Positions 29,738 to 41,113 are shown, counted from the stretch's first letter. The stretch is 64,000 nt of DNA from Gemmatimonadota bacterium (GCA_040389905.1 JAZJZK010000006.1:52882-116881); one strand, 5' to 3'. Made by a program: numbers and translations. The notes: generated by a model from the letters alone, not told the origin.

Positions 29738-31741
29738 GTGACTTCGACTCCGCTCATCGCGCATCCGCGCGCCGACTTTACCTCCATCGATCCGCGTGCC
29801 ATCACACTGCTCGCGGAACGGTGGGCGAGGCACCACCACGTGGTGCCGATCGCCGTGGATGGTGCAACGCTCATCGTCGCCACGTCGAATCCGCTCGACC
29901 TCGACGCGGAACGCGCCGTGGCATTCGCCACCGGCCATCGCGTGCGGTGGACACTGGCCTCCCCCGATGAGATCGGACGCCAGCTCGACCGGGTCTATTC
30001 GGAAACACAACTCCGCCGCGATCCCGTTGCGCCGCCAGTCGAAGTCCAGCATCTCGGCTTCTCCGAGGGCGCCGGTGCCGAGTCTCCCGCCGACGGCGGT
30101 GCGTCCATCATTCGCCTGGTCGATCAACTGCTCGCCGAGGCGATTACCGCCGGCGCGAGCGACCTCCACCTCGAGCCGGAAGAGCAGGGCATCGCGGTCC
30201 GTCACCGAGTCGACGGCGTCATCCGGCAGGTGCGGGTCCTCGCGCGCTCTGTTGGCCCGTCGCTCGTTTCGCGCGTCAAGATCCTCTCCGGCCTCGACAT
30301 CGCCGATCGCATGCGACCGCAGGACGGCCGCGCGCGCGTCAGCGTGTTGGGATCGGTTGTCGACCTCCGCGTCTCGACGCTTCCGGTCTCGCATGGAGAA
30401 AAGATCGTGGTGCGCGTGCTCGATGGCAGCGCCGGCCTTCGGACACTCGAGTCGATCGGGTTCTTACCGGCCGACCTGGAACGTATCCGGACCCTGCTCC
30501 AGCAACGCGAAGGCTTGATTCTCGTCACCGGACCGACCGGCTCCGGAAAGACGACCACCCTCTACGCGGCGCTCAGGGAGATCCAGGCCCGCGGCGTCAA
30601 CGTGGTGACGGTCGAAGATCCCATCGAGTATCGCCTGCCGGGCATCGTGCAGGTGCAGGTGCACGAACGTGCGGGCCTCACTTTTGGCGCCGCACTCCGC
30701 TCCATCGTTCGACAGGATCCAGACGTCATCCTCGTCGGCGAAATTCGCGATCGCGAGACGGCGGAAATCGCCATTCAGGCGTCGCTCACCGGCCACCTCG
30801 TACTCTCCACCCTGCACACCAACGACGCAGCAAGCGCGGTGACCCGCTTGATCGATATCGGGGTGGCCTCGTATCAGATCGCGACCGCCGTGAAGGGGGT
30901 CATCGCACAACGCCTGGTGCGTCGCAGTTGCCCGGAATGTGGTGCCGCTGGTTGCCCGGCGTGCGAAGACAGCGGCTACCGCGGACGGCGGGCAATTGCC
31001 GAGATCCTTCTCACGTCCCCGGAGTTCGAGAAGCGCGTCGCGGCGGGCGCGCCGACGGAGTCGCTCGCCGAGGCCGCGCGCGCGAACGGGTGCATCGCAC
31101 TCTGGGACTCGGGGGTGAGTCTGGTGCGATCCGGCGAGACGACGATGGATGAACTCCGGCGGGTCGCGGCCGAGCCAGCGCGATCAGTCCGCGAAACCGC
31201 TCGGCGGGTGAGTGGCGAGTTTCGTACATTGGAGAATCCGCCCGACATCGTCCCGATCGCATCTTCCGCACTCTCGATGGCCACCGTTAACGTCGGCACA
31301 ATCGACGTCTATGTGCTCGCCCGCAACGGCGCAGAGTGGCGCGTTCTGGTTCTAAAACGCTCACGCACGACGCGCTGCCCGGGCGCCTGGGAAACCGTGC
31401 ACGGCCGAATCGAGGTCGGCGAGGAGCCCGAAGACGCGGCCGTGCGCGAGCTTCGTGAGGAAACCGGGTTGGAGTTCGAACGGCTCTACAACGTCACCGT
31501 CCAGCCATTTTATCTCCACCGAACACACACAGTCGAACTCGCGGTCGTCTTCGCCGCATTTGTCGCCTGGCCCGCAAGCGTCACCCTCGGCGAGGAGCAT
31601 TCCGACTGCGAGTGGTTGGCTCCTGAAGCCGCGATGGAGCGATTCTTCTGGCCTCGCGAGCGATCCGCCTTAGCTGATGTCTTACACCTCTTTCGCACCG
31701 GGGACGGCGGCGAAGCAGAGGACGTGCTGCGAGTCAGGTAA
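29738..31741 (+). CDS. GspE/PilB-type secretion ATPase with in-frame C-terminal NUDIX hydrolase
   Basis: ASDLHLEP, RPQDGR, Walker A GPTGSGKT, VEDPIEY, RQDPDVILVGEIRD, STLHTND, CPEC..CPAC. Then NUDIX box GRIEVGEEPEDAAVRELREETGL. Confidence 0.85.
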   Translation: MTSTPLIAHPRADFTSIDPRAITLLAERWARHHHVVPIAVDGATLIVATSNPLDLDAERAVAFATGHRVRWTLASPDEIGRQLDRVYSETQLRRDPVAPPVEVQHLGFSEGAGAESPADGGASIIRLVDQLLAEAITAGASDLHLEPEEQGIAVRHRVDGVIRQVRVLARSVGPSLVSRVKILSGLDIADRMRPQDGRARVSVLGSVVDLRVSTLPVSHGEKIVVRVLDGSAGLRTLESIGFLPADLERIRTLLQQREGLILVTGPTGSGKTTTLYAALREIQARGVNVVTVEDPIEYRLPGIVQVQVHERAGLTFGAALRSIVRQDPDVILVGEIRDRETAEIAIQASLTGHLVLSTLHTNDAASAVTRLIDIGVASYQIATAVKGVIAQRLVRRSCPECGAAGCPACEDSGYRGRRAIAEILLTSPEFEKRVAAGAPTESLAEAARANGCIALWDSGVSLVRSGETTMDELRRVAAEPARSVRETARRVSGEFRTLENPPDIVPIASSALSMATVNVGTIDVYVLARNGAEWRVLVLKRSRTTRCPGAWETVHGRIEVGEEPEDAAVRELREETGLEFERLYNVTVQPFYLHRTHTVELAVVFAAFVAWPASVTLGEEHSDCEWLAPEAAMERFFWPRERSALADVLHLFRTGDGGEAEDVLRVR

Positions 31742-31760
31742 CGGGCGGGCCCGGGCCAGG

Positions 31761-32010
31761 CCTAACTGATGATGGGGGCGAGGGCTGGCGCCCGAGCTAA
31801 ACGCGGGCTTGGCCGCGGGCTTGGGCCAGGGCTTGGGCAAGGGCTTGCCCGCAGGCTCGGGCCGGGGCTTGGGTTAGGGCTGGGGGCTGACTTTGCTGAG
31901 GCTTGAGCCCCGGCCTCAGCCCCCGCCGGCAGGTAGGCCCCGGCCCGGGCACGAGCCCCTCGCCCCAATCCCTGGTTATCAGCCAGTCAGCTGTCAGTCT
32001 GTCAGCTGTC
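31761..32010. repeat. GGGCNN/NNGCCC hexamer-periodic imperfect hairpin plus CTGTCAG heptamer run
   Basis: GGGCTT/GGGCCA-type units on the left, GCCCC-type units on the right. Terminal cagtcag-ctgtcag-tctgtcag-ctgtc run. Confidence 0.7.
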
Positions 32011-32021
32011 CCAGCGGCTAC

Positions 32022-32879
32022 CTAGCGTGGAACTCGGTGCTCCGATGTCCTGAGAATCGTCGCCGGGTCCGGCGCGTTCGGCTTCACGCGCACGCTCTTC
32101 GCCGGAATCCCCACATACACGTGGTAGGGGCGCACGTCCTTCGTGGCAACCGCGTTCGCGCCCACCATGCCTTGTTCACCAACGTGTACCCCGGCGAGCA
32201 CCGTCGCATGATACGTCACGCGCACGCCGTTCTCGAGTACCGTCAACGCGTTCGTCACATCACGTTGGTCCACGATGCTGTGCGTGTGGCTGTAAATGTT
32301 CGCGTAATCACTGATCGACACATTGTCGGCGAGTTGAATGCCGCCGCGGTCATCGAGCAGCACGTGACGGTGCACGACGACGTTATCGCCAACATCCATG
32401 TTGTAGCCGAACGAGAACTCCACGTTCTGGAACGCCTTGAAGTTCTCGCCGCACCGCTTGAAAATCTTCTGCGCGAGCAGCCGCCGAAAGCGAACCGCCA
32501 GCCCCACATTCTGCCCGCCGAGCACCGTTCGGTCGAACGAATACCACAGCCAGAGCAGCGGCTTGACCGGCTGGAAACGCTCGTCATCACAATCCGCGTA
32601 GAACTCCGGCTCGAGCGTGATGTTGCGCGGGTCGAGCGAGGATAGCGCCAGCCGCGTCGCGAGCGGCAGTGACTCGTCGTTCACCGCCGTTTCCCAGTTC
32701 CCTCGGTACTCCGGAAAGGTGAGATCCGTCAGCGTCTCGCGGCAGAGCACCGATCTGTCAGCCGACAGATCACTGCTGCCGGCGGCGAGCCGGTCCCCGA
32801 TCTGCTCCAGCCAAGCATCTGCGATTGCCGAAGTACCGTTCGGGGGAAGCGAGCGAAGTGGAAGAAAAGGCATGATCAA
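32022..32879 (-). CDS. Hexapeptide-repeat acyltransferase
   Basis: Left-handed beta-helix repeats (VGDNVVV, LADNVSI, VLENGV, VGEQGMVGANAVATKDV, GIPAK). Confidence 0.85.
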   Translation of the reverse strand: MIMPFLPLRSLPPNGTSAIADAWLEQIGDRLAAGSSDLSADRSVLCRETLTDLTFPEYRGNWETAVNDESLPLATRLALSSLDPRNITLEPEFYADCDDERFQPVKPLLWLWYSFDRTVLGGQNVGLAVRFRRLLAQKIFKRCGENFKAFQNVEFSFGYNMDVGDNVVVHRHVLLDDRGGIQLADNVSISDYANIYSHTHSIVDQRDVTNALTVLENGVRVTYHATVLAGVHVGEQGMVGANAVATKDVRPYHVYVGIPAKSVRVKPNAPDPATILRTSEHRVPR

Positions 32880-33559
32880 TTCTCAGGCGGTGGGGTTGCT
32901 GAGCGCGTCTGTGCCCTCGACCGGACCAGCGCGCGTTCCTTTTCGATCTCGCGCAATTTGGAACTCCAGTCGGTACTCGCCGAGCGCTCACTGCCGAGGG
33001 ATACCGTGAGCGGCTGGTTGACGTCGAGCGCATCATCGAAGAGGTAGATCGCGCGCTGCGTGGAGCGTGCTTGCAGGCGTTGCTCGCCGAATCCCGCGGT
33101 GAGCGGAAGCACTTCGACCGGTCGGAAGTCACGCCCCGCAGACGTGATGGTCAACTCGAGTGGTGAAAAGCGCGCGTCAGCCGCCAGACCGAAGAAATCG
33201 ACCGACCAGAGAACGCCACGAAGCAGACCGTGTTGCGCCGCGAGTCGCGTGACCGCGGTCCGCTTGCTCTCCGCAAGGTCTCGCAAGGCACGGTATGAGT
33301 CGGGCGATAATGTGCGAATGACATTCTCGTCGAGCGGAATCGCCTTCACCAGAACGTCCGACAACTGGAGCTTGATCGCGATGTTATCCTGCTTGAGCGT
33401 CCCGAAACCGGCAGGAATGAGCCCGCTGGCATTCGTATCCGCGACCGTGACCGGCGGCGTCGCGGGCTTCGTTGCCGAAGCGGGCGGGCTCTGCGCGCAC
33501 CCGAGGGCGGCATGAAGCAAGAGCACCGCCGCCGCAGTCGCCGCGCGGTGCCGGTTCAC
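32876..33559 (-). CDS. Hypothetical lipoprotein
   Basis: GTG start overlaps the engB stop. Signal (V)[20 protein letters not shown]. Coupled to the downstream acyltransferase. Confidence 0.7.
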   Translation of the reverse strand: MNRHRAATAAAVLLLHAALGCAQSPPASATKPATPPVTVADTNASGLIPAGFGTLKQDNIAIKLQLSDVLVKAIPLDENVIRTLSPDSYRALRDLAESKRTAVTRLAAQHGLLRGVLWSVDFFGLAADARFSPLELTITSAGRDFRPVEVLPLTAGFGEQRLQARSTQRAIYLFDDALDVNQPLTVSLGSERSASTDWSSKLREIEKERALVRSRAQTRSATPPPEN

Positions 33560-34242
33560 GCCGTTGCTCCAGGCACGACCGGAGGCGTTTCCGGCGCCGC
33601 CTCGCCGTCCGGCGGTGCGGGCGTTCGCCACGACGGTTGCCCAACGAGCGACACGACGGCGTCGGCCAGATCGTCGCGACCATGATTGGTCTCCGCGCTG
33701 AACGGAATCATCTGTTCGTCCTCCAGCCGAAGTGCCACCGCGATCTCGTGCACGCGGCCCGCCACTTCCCGCGTGCGCAACTTGTCGATCTTGGTCAGGA
33801 CAACGATGGTCGGCACCTCGATCTCCGCGAGGAAATCGAACATCTGGATGTCTTCCTCCGACGGATGATGCCGGATGTCGAGCAACTGCACCACGCCTCG
33901 GAGCGCCGGAGAGATCCGTAGATACCCCTCGATGAGCGGGAGCCACTCCGCCTTGCGCGTCTTCGAGATCTTCGCGTAGCCGTAGCCCGGTAGATCCGCG
34001 AGGACGAACGTCCCATTCACCTTGAAGAAATTGATCTCGCGCGTCCGCCCGGGCGTGTTGCTCACGCGCGCGAACGCCTTTCTCCGCACCAATCGGTTGA
34101 GCAGCGACGACTTGCCGACGTTCGATCGCCCCGCAAACGCCACTTCCGGCAACTCGTTCGTCGGGCGCCAGCCCTCCGCAGTTGCCATCGGCCCGATGAA
34201 CTCGAGCGACTTGATCACCAGCGGATCCGGCCCGCTGCTCAA
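33556..34242 (-). CDS. engB: Ribosome biogenesis GTPase YihA/EngB
   Basis: [26 protein letters not shown]. Follows lon. Confidence 0.95.
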   Translation of the reverse strand: MSSGPDPLVIKSLEFIGPMATAEGWRPTNELPEVAFAGRSNVGKSSLLNRLVRRKAFARVSNTPGRTREINFFKVNGTFVLADLPGYGYAKISKTRKAEWLPLIEGYLRISPALRGVVQLLDIRHHPSEEDIQMFDFLAEIEVPTIVVLTKIDKLRTREVAGRVHEIAVALRLEDEQMIPFSAETNHGRDDLADAVVSLVGQPSWRTPAPPDGEAAPETPPVVPGATA

Positions 34243-36647
34243 TGTGCCACCATCGTTGCGGTCTCTTCATCGGCGCGCGGTTTGACACCGCGCGCCAGCG
34301 CCACCGCGAGCACTTCGTCCATCGAGCGCACGGGATGGAACTGTATTCCGGCCTTCACCTCGGCGGGTAGCTCATCGAGGTCTCGCGCATTCTCCTGTGG
34401 AAGGATGACATGCGAGATACGATTCCGCAGCGCGGCGACTGTCTTCTCTTTCAACCCGCCGATGCCTAGCACGCGGCCTCGGAGCGTGATCTCGCCGGTC
34501 ATCGCGACATCACCGCGCAGCGGGATGCCGGTGAGCGCACTCACAATGGCACACGCGATCGCGATGCCCGCACTCGGTCCATCCTTCGGCGTTGCGCCGG
34601 CCGGGATGTGGACATGCAGGTCGCGCGTGCGGAGGAACTCCCGTTCCAGCCCGAGGGAGGATGCCCGTGCGCGTGCGTAGCTCAGCGCGGCGCTCGCCGA
34701 CTCCTTCATCACGTCGCCAAGGGTACCGGTGAGCTGGAGACGGCCGCGGCCCGGGACGACACTGACTTCGATCTCGAGCACATCGCCCCCGACGCTCGTG
34801 TATGCGAGACCAGTCGCCACACCGACCTTGTCTTCGATCTGGTTCGCTTCCGGATCGAAGGGTGCCACACCGAGCATGCCGGTGAGCATTGCCCGCGTAA
34901 CAACGTCCGTCTCCACGGCCGGCTCGGCGCTCGACAACGTCCGTCGCTCGGCGCGCGCGCGGGCGAGCTTGCGCGAGATACGCGCAAGCCGCCGTTCCAG
35001 GTCGCGGACCCCTGCCTCTCGTGTGTATCCATGCACGATCGCGGGGATGACGTCGGCGTCGAGCGTGACCGTCGCCGGATCGATGCCATGCTGCTTGAGC
35101 TGTCGCGGCTGAAGGAATTGTCGCGCGATCGCGTACTTCTCCTGGTCAAGGTACCCGGCGAGGCGAATGATCTCCATCCGGTCGCGCAGCGGCTCCGGAA
35201 TCGTCCCGAGGGAATTGGCCGTCGTGATGAACAGCACCTGCGACAGGTCGTAGTCTGCCTCGAGATAGTGATCGTTGAACGCCCGATTCTGCTCCGGGTC
35301 GAGCACCTCGAGCAGGGCGGCCGATGGATCTCCGCGGTAGTCGTTTCCGAGCTTGTCGATCTCGTCGAGCAGGATCACGGGATTGACCGTCTCCGCGCGT
35401 CGCATCGCCTGGATCACTCGGCCGGGCATGGCGCCGATGTACGTGCGCCGGTGTCCGCGAATCTCCGCCTCGTCACGCACGCCACCGAGGGACATCCGAA
35501 CGAACTTGCGGCCCAGCGCGCGCGCGATCGACCGGCCGAGAGAGGTTTTGCCCACACCCGGCGGCCCGACGAGGCAGAGGATAGGTCCATCGAGCCGCTC
35601 CACGAGCGCGAGCACGCCGATGTAGTCGAGCACGCGCTCCTTCACGTCGTCGAGCCCGTAGTGATCCTCGTCGAGCACTTGCCGCGCATGCGCTACATCG
35701 AGCACGTCATCGGTGCGCTCCCGCCACGGAAGCGCCGCGATCCATTCGAGGTACGTCCGCGCGACGCCAGACTCCGGCGACATGGCCGACAGCCTTCGCA
35801 AGCGGCGCAACTCGCGCTGCGCACGCGCGTGGACGGCCTCCGGAAGTCCCTTCGACTCGAGGGTTGCCGCCAGTTCGTCCGTATCGTCGCCGTCGTCGGC
35901 TCCGAGTTCCCGGTGGATCGCCTTGAGCTGCTCCTGCAGATAGAACTCGCGCTGGTTCTGGAAGAGCGACCCGCGCACATCGTCATCGATCTTCCGCTCG
36001 AGCTTGAGGAGGTCGATCTCGCTCGTCAGCGTCTCACCAAGCGCGCGGAGGAGCGACGGGAAATCCGCCGACTCGAGCAGCGCCTGCCGGCGTTCGAGAC
36101 GCGTTCCGACATGGGCGGCAATGCCGAAGGTCTGCCGCCCCGGCGTTTCAGCGCTCTGGATGAGTGTGACGAGCTCGGCCGGCAGTCGACGATGCACCGC
36201 GACGTACTCCTCGAACAACGACACCGCGCGCCGCAGATGCGCCGCGGCGTCGCCATCATCGTCGAGCGTCAACGGCGCCATCGGCTCGACCACGGCCCGC
36301 AAGGTCTCGGTGCTCGGGACGTATCGCGACACGCGTGCACGCGTCACTCCCTCGACGAGCACCTTGACCGTACCCGTGCCGAGCCGCGAGAGCTGCCGCA
36401 CACGCGCAATCACTCCCACGCGATACAGGTCTGCCGACGCAGGTTCCTGCTTTTCGGGATCGCGCTGTGCCACGAGGAGCACGAGGTTGTCGGAGGCCGC
36501 GGCGGCTTCGAGTGCGGCGAGTGACGCGGCGCGACCGACGAGGAGCGGCATCACCACGTATGGGAACACGACAACGTCACGCAGCGGCAGCACCGGGAGG
36601 CGCGCTGCGGTCGTGATCGTTTCGCCGTCGACGAGAAAAGAGGGCAT
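34239..36647 (-). CDS. lon: Lon ATP-dependent protease
   Basis: [43 protein letters not shown]. Confidence 0.97.
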   Translation of the reverse strand: MPSFLVDGETITTAARLPVLPLRDVVVFPYVVMPLLVGRAASLAALEAAAASDNLVLLVAQRDPEKQEPASADLYRVGVIARVRQLSRLGTGTVKVLVEGVTRARVSRYVPSTETLRAVVEPMAPLTLDDDGDAAAHLRRAVSLFEEYVAVHRRLPAELVTLIQSAETPGRQTFGIAAHVGTRLERRQALLESADFPSLLRALGETLTSEIDLLKLERKIDDDVRGSLFQNQREFYLQEQLKAIHRELGADDGDDTDELAATLESKGLPEAVHARAQRELRRLRRLSAMSPESGVARTYLEWIAALPWRERTDDVLDVAHARQVLDEDHYGLDDVKERVLDYIGVLALVERLDGPILCLVGPPGVGKTSLGRSIARALGRKFVRMSLGGVRDEAEIRGHRRTYIGAMPGRVIQAMRRAETVNPVILLDEIDKLGNDYRGDPSAALLEVLDPEQNRAFNDHYLEADYDLSQVLFITTANSLGTIPEPLRDRMEIIRLAGYLDQEKYAIARQFLQPRQLKQHGIDPATVTLDADVIPAIVHGYTREAGVRDLERRLARISRKLARARAERRTLSSAEPAVETDVVTRAMLTGMLGVAPFDPEANQIEDKVGVATGLAYTSVGGDVLEIEVSVVPGRGRLQLTGTLGDVMKESASAALSYARARASSLGLEREFLRTRDLHVHIPAGATPKDGPSAGIAIACAIVSALTGIPLRGDVAMTGEITLRGRVLGIGGLKEKTVAALRNRISHVILPQENARDLDELPAEVKAGIQFHPVRSMDEVLAVALARGVKPRADEETATMVAH

Positions 36648-36700
36648 GCCGAAAGATACTCCCGACCGGCCCGACGCGCGCAGCCTACCGCGTCAACGCG

Positions 36701-37834
36701 TCAGAAATCGTTCGGCGCCGACAGGATTTTCAGCACCTCCTCCGCCTGTGCTCGGAGCGGATCTTCACGCGGAGCACGCGCAACGAACTGCGCATAGGCC
36801 GCGGTGGCCGCCTTCGTGTCACCGGACACCTCGAGTGCATTACCGAGGCGGAAATAGGCTGCGGCGAAGAACGGCTCGAGCGCGACGGCCGCGCGCATCT
36901 GCGTCACGGCGTCCTTGGAGCGGCCGGCGGCAAGCAACACCTTGCCATAACCGAGTCGAAGCATCACGTCGCTGGGATCGATCTCGACGGCCGTCGCGTA
37001 CTCCAGCAGCGCGGAAGTCGTATCCTTCTTCTGCAGCGCGAGGTCGCCGAGCATCGCGTGGGCGGGGACGAACCCAGGGTTCTCGGTAACTGAGCGTGCA
37101 AACGACTGCTTCGCCTCTGCCGTCCGCCGCTGGAGCATGTTCAGCATGCCCGCCGCGTATTCCAGCAGTTCTTTCGACTGATAGCCCTGACCGACAGTCG
37201 CGCTGTCCTGTTCGCGCAACTGCGCCAGGAGCGTCGCAAGTTCGGCTGCCGCGCTGTCCACTCGCTGCAGATTCAATAGCGCGGACGCGCGATTATAGCG
37301 AAGATAGCCGAACTTCTTGGGGTCGCGCGCCACGGCCCGCCCGAAGGCGTCGGCGGCCTGCTGCAGTTCACCGTTTGCATACGCAATCCATCCACGCGTG
37401 ATTGCATCGTCCCCCCACTTGCCCGGAAGGAGGTCGTACAGGAACACGCTGAGGCCCTGATGAACGAGCGGATTCCGTCGCAGTGCGAGCGCGCGAAGAG
37501 AATCGGCGTGCTGCACGGCCGGCTCTATTGCGATCTTCTTGTCCCCTCGCATGTACTCGAGAAATCGGTCGGGGTCGCGCGCCCAAAAGGCGATCCAACA
37601 GGCGAACAGCGGCTCCGCACGACTTGGGTCGAGGCGCGCGGCCCACTGGAATGCATTTTCGGCTGTCTTCCGGTCGTTCCGAAGCTTTTCGATGCCGAGA
37701 TCGTAGTACGCGTTCCAGTCGTTTCGGTCCGCGCCGGCGGGCAGCGGCGGAGGTTGGAACGTCTGCGCGCTGCCACCACGAACCGCGCCCCCAAGGAGCG
37801 CGGCAACGAACAGGATGTACGCGCGTGAAGTGAT
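36701..37834 (-). CDS. Secreted TPR-repeat protein (probable non-canonical ATC start)
   Basis: TPR-like helices. The frame stays open 94 codons upstream of the ORF-track ATG (37552) and encodes the signal peptide [23 protein letters not shown], beginning at ATC overlapping the clpX TAA. Confidence 0.75.
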   Translation of the reverse strand: MTSRAYILFVAALLGGAVRGGSAQTFQPPPLPAGADRNDWNAYYDLGIEKLRNDRKTAENAFQWAARLDPSRAEPLFACWIAFWARDPDRFLEYMRGDKKIAIEPAVQHADSLRALALRRNPLVHQGLSVFLYDLLPGKWGDDAITRGWIAYANGELQQAADAFGRAVARDPKKFGYLRYNRASALLNLQRVDSAAAELATLLAQLREQDSATVGQGYQSKELLEYAAGMLNMLQRRTAEAKQSFARSVTENPGFVPAHAMLGDLALQKKDTTSALLEYATAVEIDPSDVMLRLGYGKVLLAAGRSKDAVTQMRAAVALEPFFAAAYFRLGNALEVSGDTKAATAAYAQFVARAPREDPLRAQAEEVLKILSAPNDF

Positions 37835-39084
37835 TACGCCTCTTTCTTTCGCTTCGTCGGAGCCAGTTCGAGAAGCGGCGCCGTGCCGTTCAGCACACTC
37901 GACTCGGTGATCTTCACCTCGACGACATCCTCGCGCGTCGGCAGGTCGAACATCACATCCGTCAGTAATTCTTCGAGAATGGCGCGGAGGCCGCGGGCCC
38001 CCGTGCCGCGCTTGAGCGCCTTCTGCGCGATCGCGCGCAGTGCGGAGACCTCGAAGGTGAGACGCACTTCCTCGAGATCGAACAACTTGGTGTACTGCTT
38101 GGTGAGCGCGTTCTTCGGCTCCTGAAGGATGCGGACGAGCGACTCCTCGTCGAGCCCTTCGAGCGGCACCGTGACGGGCAGGCGGCCAACCAGCTCTGGA
38201 ATGAGGCCGAAGCGCAGGAGATCATCGGGCTCGACTTCGGAGAAGGCGTTCTTCGAGAGCGTCGCGAGCTTGACGGGATCGGTCTCAACCTTGGAGAACC
38301 CGATTTGCCGGCGGCCGGTACGTGATTCGATGATCTTTTCGAGGCCGTCGAACGCACCGCCACAGATGAACAGGATGTCCTTGGTGTTGATCTGGATGTA
38401 TTCCTGTTGCGGATGCTTGCGGCCGCCCTGCGGCGGTACGCTTGCGACGGTGCCCTCGAGAATCTTGAGGAGCGCCTGCTGCACGCCTTCGCCACTGACG
38501 TCGCGCGTAATGCTCGGGTTTTCCGACTTGCGCGCGATCTTGTCAATTTCGTCGATGTAGACGATTCCGCGCTCGCACTCGGCGACGTTGAAGTCGCCCG
38601 CCTGGAGCAGCCGCACGAGGATGTTCTCGACGTCTTCCCCGACGTAGCCGGCTTCCGTCAGCGTTGTTGCGTCGGCGATGGTGAAGGGCACATCGAGGAT
38701 GCGTGCGAGCGTCTGCGCGAGGAGCGTCTTCCCGACACCCGTTGGTCCGATCAACAGGATGTTGGACTTGTCCAGTTCGACGTCGTCTTCGCGGACGGAC
38801 GCCGAGTTGATGCGCTTGTAGTGATTGTAGACGGCAACCGCGAGGGCCTTCTTCGCCCGCTCCTGGCCGATGACGTAGCCGTCGAGCGTATCCTTGATCT
38901 CCTGCGGCGTCGGGACCTGCGTGATCGCTTCCGCGACCTCGCGCTCTTCGTCCTCGGCGAGGATTTCGTTGCAGAGCGCGATGCACTCGTTGCAGATGTA
39001 GACGGAGGGCCCGGAGATGAACTTCCGGACGGAGTCCTTCGACTTGCCGCAGAACGAACAGCGGAGGTGTTTGTCGTGCGACAT
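37834..39084 (-). CDS. clpX: ClpX ATPase subunit
   Basis: Zn finger [38 protein letters not shown] loop. Confidence 0.98.
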   Translation of the reverse strand: MSHDKHLRCSFCGKSKDSVRKFISGPSVYICNECIALCNEILAEDEEREVAEAITQVPTPQEIKDTLDGYVIGQERAKKALAVAVYNHYKRINSASVREDDVELDKSNILLIGPTGVGKTLLAQTLARILDVPFTIADATTLTEAGYVGEDVENILVRLLQAGDFNVAECERGIVYIDEIDKIARKSENPSITRDVSGEGVQQALLKILEGTVASVPPQGGRKHPQQEYIQINTKDILFICGGAFDGLEKIIESRTGRRQIGFSKVETDPVKLATLSKNAFSEVEPDDLLRFGLIPELVGRLPVTVPLEGLDEESLVRILQEPKNALTKQYTKLFDLEEVRLTFEVSALRAIAQKALKRGTGARGLRAILEELLTDVMFDLPTREDVVEVKITESSVLNGTAPLLELAPTKRKKEA

Positions 39085-39209
39085 GGCGGTGGCTCTGCGA
39101 GGGGTACTGCGAAAGAGTTAATGCGGGCGTTTCAACTGGTCAAGCAATGGACGACTGGACTACCGACGACGGCACGCTCAGGACTGCCAGCGAGCGAAGC
39201 GAGCGACCA

Positions 39210-39860
39210 TCACTTTATGGCCGCTGCTTGCGCTGCAATCACCTGAGGATCCACGAGATCGCCGCGATTCGAGATCACGTTGTCGATGAGGCCATAGCCC
39301 TTCGCTTCCTCCGCCGACATGAAAAAGTCGCGAATCATGTCACGCTCGATCTGTTCGACCGGGCGTCCGGTGTGCTTGCTGTAAATCGTGTTGAGCTGGT
39401 GCCGGAGGAACAGGATTTCCTTCGCCTGGATTTCGATGTCCGCCGCCGTCCCCTGCGTGCCACCGGAGGGTTGGTGGATCATGATGCGGGAGTGGGGCAA
39501 CGCGCTGCGCTTGCCCTTGCGGCCCGCCGCCAGGAGGAACGAGCCCATGCTGGCCGCCAGACCCATGCAGATCGTGTTGACCGGTGCCTTCAGGTACTGC
39601 ATCGTGTCGTAGATCGCGAGCCCTGCCGACACGCTGCCGCCCGGTGAGTTGATGTACACAAAAATGTCGCGATCCGGATTGTCCGCCTCGAGAAAGAGCA
39701 GCTGGGCAATGATGATGTTCGCGACGTCATCGTTGATCGGCGTGCCGAGGAAGACGATGCGGTCCATCAACAACCGCGAGAAGATGTCGTAGGTGCGTTC
39801 GCCCCGGCTGGAGCGCTCGATGACGTACGGCGGATAGATCGTGGCCATGGGGTTGCTCAC
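39210..39860 (-). CDS. clpP: ClpP proteolytic subunit
   Basis: [25 protein letters not shown]. Alternative start at ATG 39848. Confidence 0.97.
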   Translation of the reverse strand: MSNPMATIYPPYVIERSSRGERTYDIFSRLLMDRIVFLGTPINDDVANIIIAQLLFLEADNPDRDIFVYINSPGGSVSAGLAIYDTMQYLKAPVNTICMGLAASMGSFLLAAGRKGKRSALPHSRIMIHQPSGGTQGTAADIEIQAKEILFLRHQLNTIYSKHTGRPVEQIERDMIRDFFMSAEEAKGYGLIDNVISNRGDLVDPQVIAAQAAAIK

Positions 39861-41113
39861 TGTTCTACACCATTGGTGACTTCGTTACGTGCGGTCAACC
39901 ACTCGAACACTTTTTCTTCCGTGATGCTCCGCTCGATCTCGGGCAGGCGGCCGGCCTTCTGAAGGGACGCATAGACTTGGCCCGGATCGGTTTTCCGCTG
40001 TTCGGCCACCTTGGCGACGCGATCGTCGACATCGCGCTCGGTGGCGGCCAACTTTTCCTGGTCGGCGATCGCATCGATCAGCATATCGCGGCGCACCTGC
40101 TTCTCGGCGACCGACGCGAACTCGGCGGCGAACGTCTGTCGCTGTTCCTCGGGGATCTGATACGCTTGCATGTAGGCGTCGATCATCCGGTGGACCCAGC
40201 TGGGGGGCACGTCGAACGGATTTGCTTCGGCGACCTGGTCGAGCAGGGCCTGTCGAACGAGTGCGTCGGCGTCGCGTGTGGCGTGCTCCGTGAGGTCGGC
40301 GCGCACCGCCGTCTGCAGTGCGTCGAGGGTGTCGAAATCACCGACTTCGCGGGCGAAGGTGTCGTCGAGCGCGGGCGCCGCCTTCCGCTTCACCTCCTGC
40401 AGCGTGACGCGGACGTTCTTGCTCGTGCCGCGCTGCGCCTCGTCCGGGAAGTCGTCGGGCCATCGGACGATGCGTTCCTTCGTTTCGCCGGGGGTGAGCT
40501 CCATGATGAGCTCTTCTACACCGGGAATCGCCTGATCGCTTCCGAGAACGAGCGGATAGGGACGCCCCTCAGGCATGTCCGCTCCGGGCGTGTCGGGCGT
40601 CGCGAGCAGGACCTGGACACGGTCGCCTTCGCGCGGCGCTTCCTCGACCGGGGCCCATGTGGCCTTCTGGTCGCGGAGTGTTTCGATCTGTTCAGCGACC
40701 GTCTCGTCGGTCACGGCGCGCGCGGTCCGCGTCACGCGAAAGCCCTGCGTCCGCTTGAGCTCGATCGTGGGCTTGACTTCGAGATGCAGCTCGAAGGTCA
40801 ACGGCTGGCCGTCCTCGAACTTGATACCGTGCACGTGTGGCTGTGCGGCCACATCGATTTTTTCGCGTTCCATCACTTCCTTGAACGCCTCCTGGACCAG
40901 CGATTCGATGACCTGCTGCCGAATCGCGTCCTTGAAGCGCTTGCGCACCATGGCGGCCGGCGCCTTTCCTGGGCGAAAACCGGGTAGGCGAACGGAGGAG
41001 GCGTACCGCTTCGCTTGCTTGTCCTCTTCGCTCTGAACGGTGGCGAACGGGACGGAAACTTCGAGCAGGCGCTCAACGCCCTCGCTCTTCTTCGTTGTGA
41101 TCTGTATGTCCAT
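39857..41113 (-). CDS. tig: Trigger factor
   Basis: GFRPGKAP ribosome-binding motif and FKBP-like middle. tig-clpP-clpX order. Start MDIQIT. Confidence 0.95.
   Translation of the reverse strand: MDIQITTKKSEGVERLLEVSVPFATVQSEEDKQAKRYASSVRLPGFRPGKAPAAMVRKRFKDAIRQQVIESLVQEAFKEVMEREKIDVAAQPHVHGIKFEDGQPLTFELHLEVKPTIELKRTQGFRVTRTARAVTDETVAEQIETLRDQKATWAPVEEAPREGDRVQVLLATPDTPGADMPEGRPYPLVLGSDQAIPGVEELIMELTPGETKERIVRWPDDFPDEAQRGTSKNVRVTLQEVKRKAAPALDDTFAREVGDFDTLDALQTAVRADLTEHATRDADALVRQALLDQVAEANPFDVPPSWVHRMIDAYMQAYQIPEEQRQTFAAEFASVAEKQVRRDMLIDAIADQEKLAATERDVDDRVAKVAEQRKTDPGQVYASLQKAGRLPEIERSITEEKVFEWLTARNEVTNGVEQ

Noticed and set aside
33560..34288. Upstream extension of the 32876 ORF, and similarly of the 13880 and 26742 ORFs
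   Set aside because: These overlap real genes. Better starts with signal peptides or stop-start coupling lie downstream.
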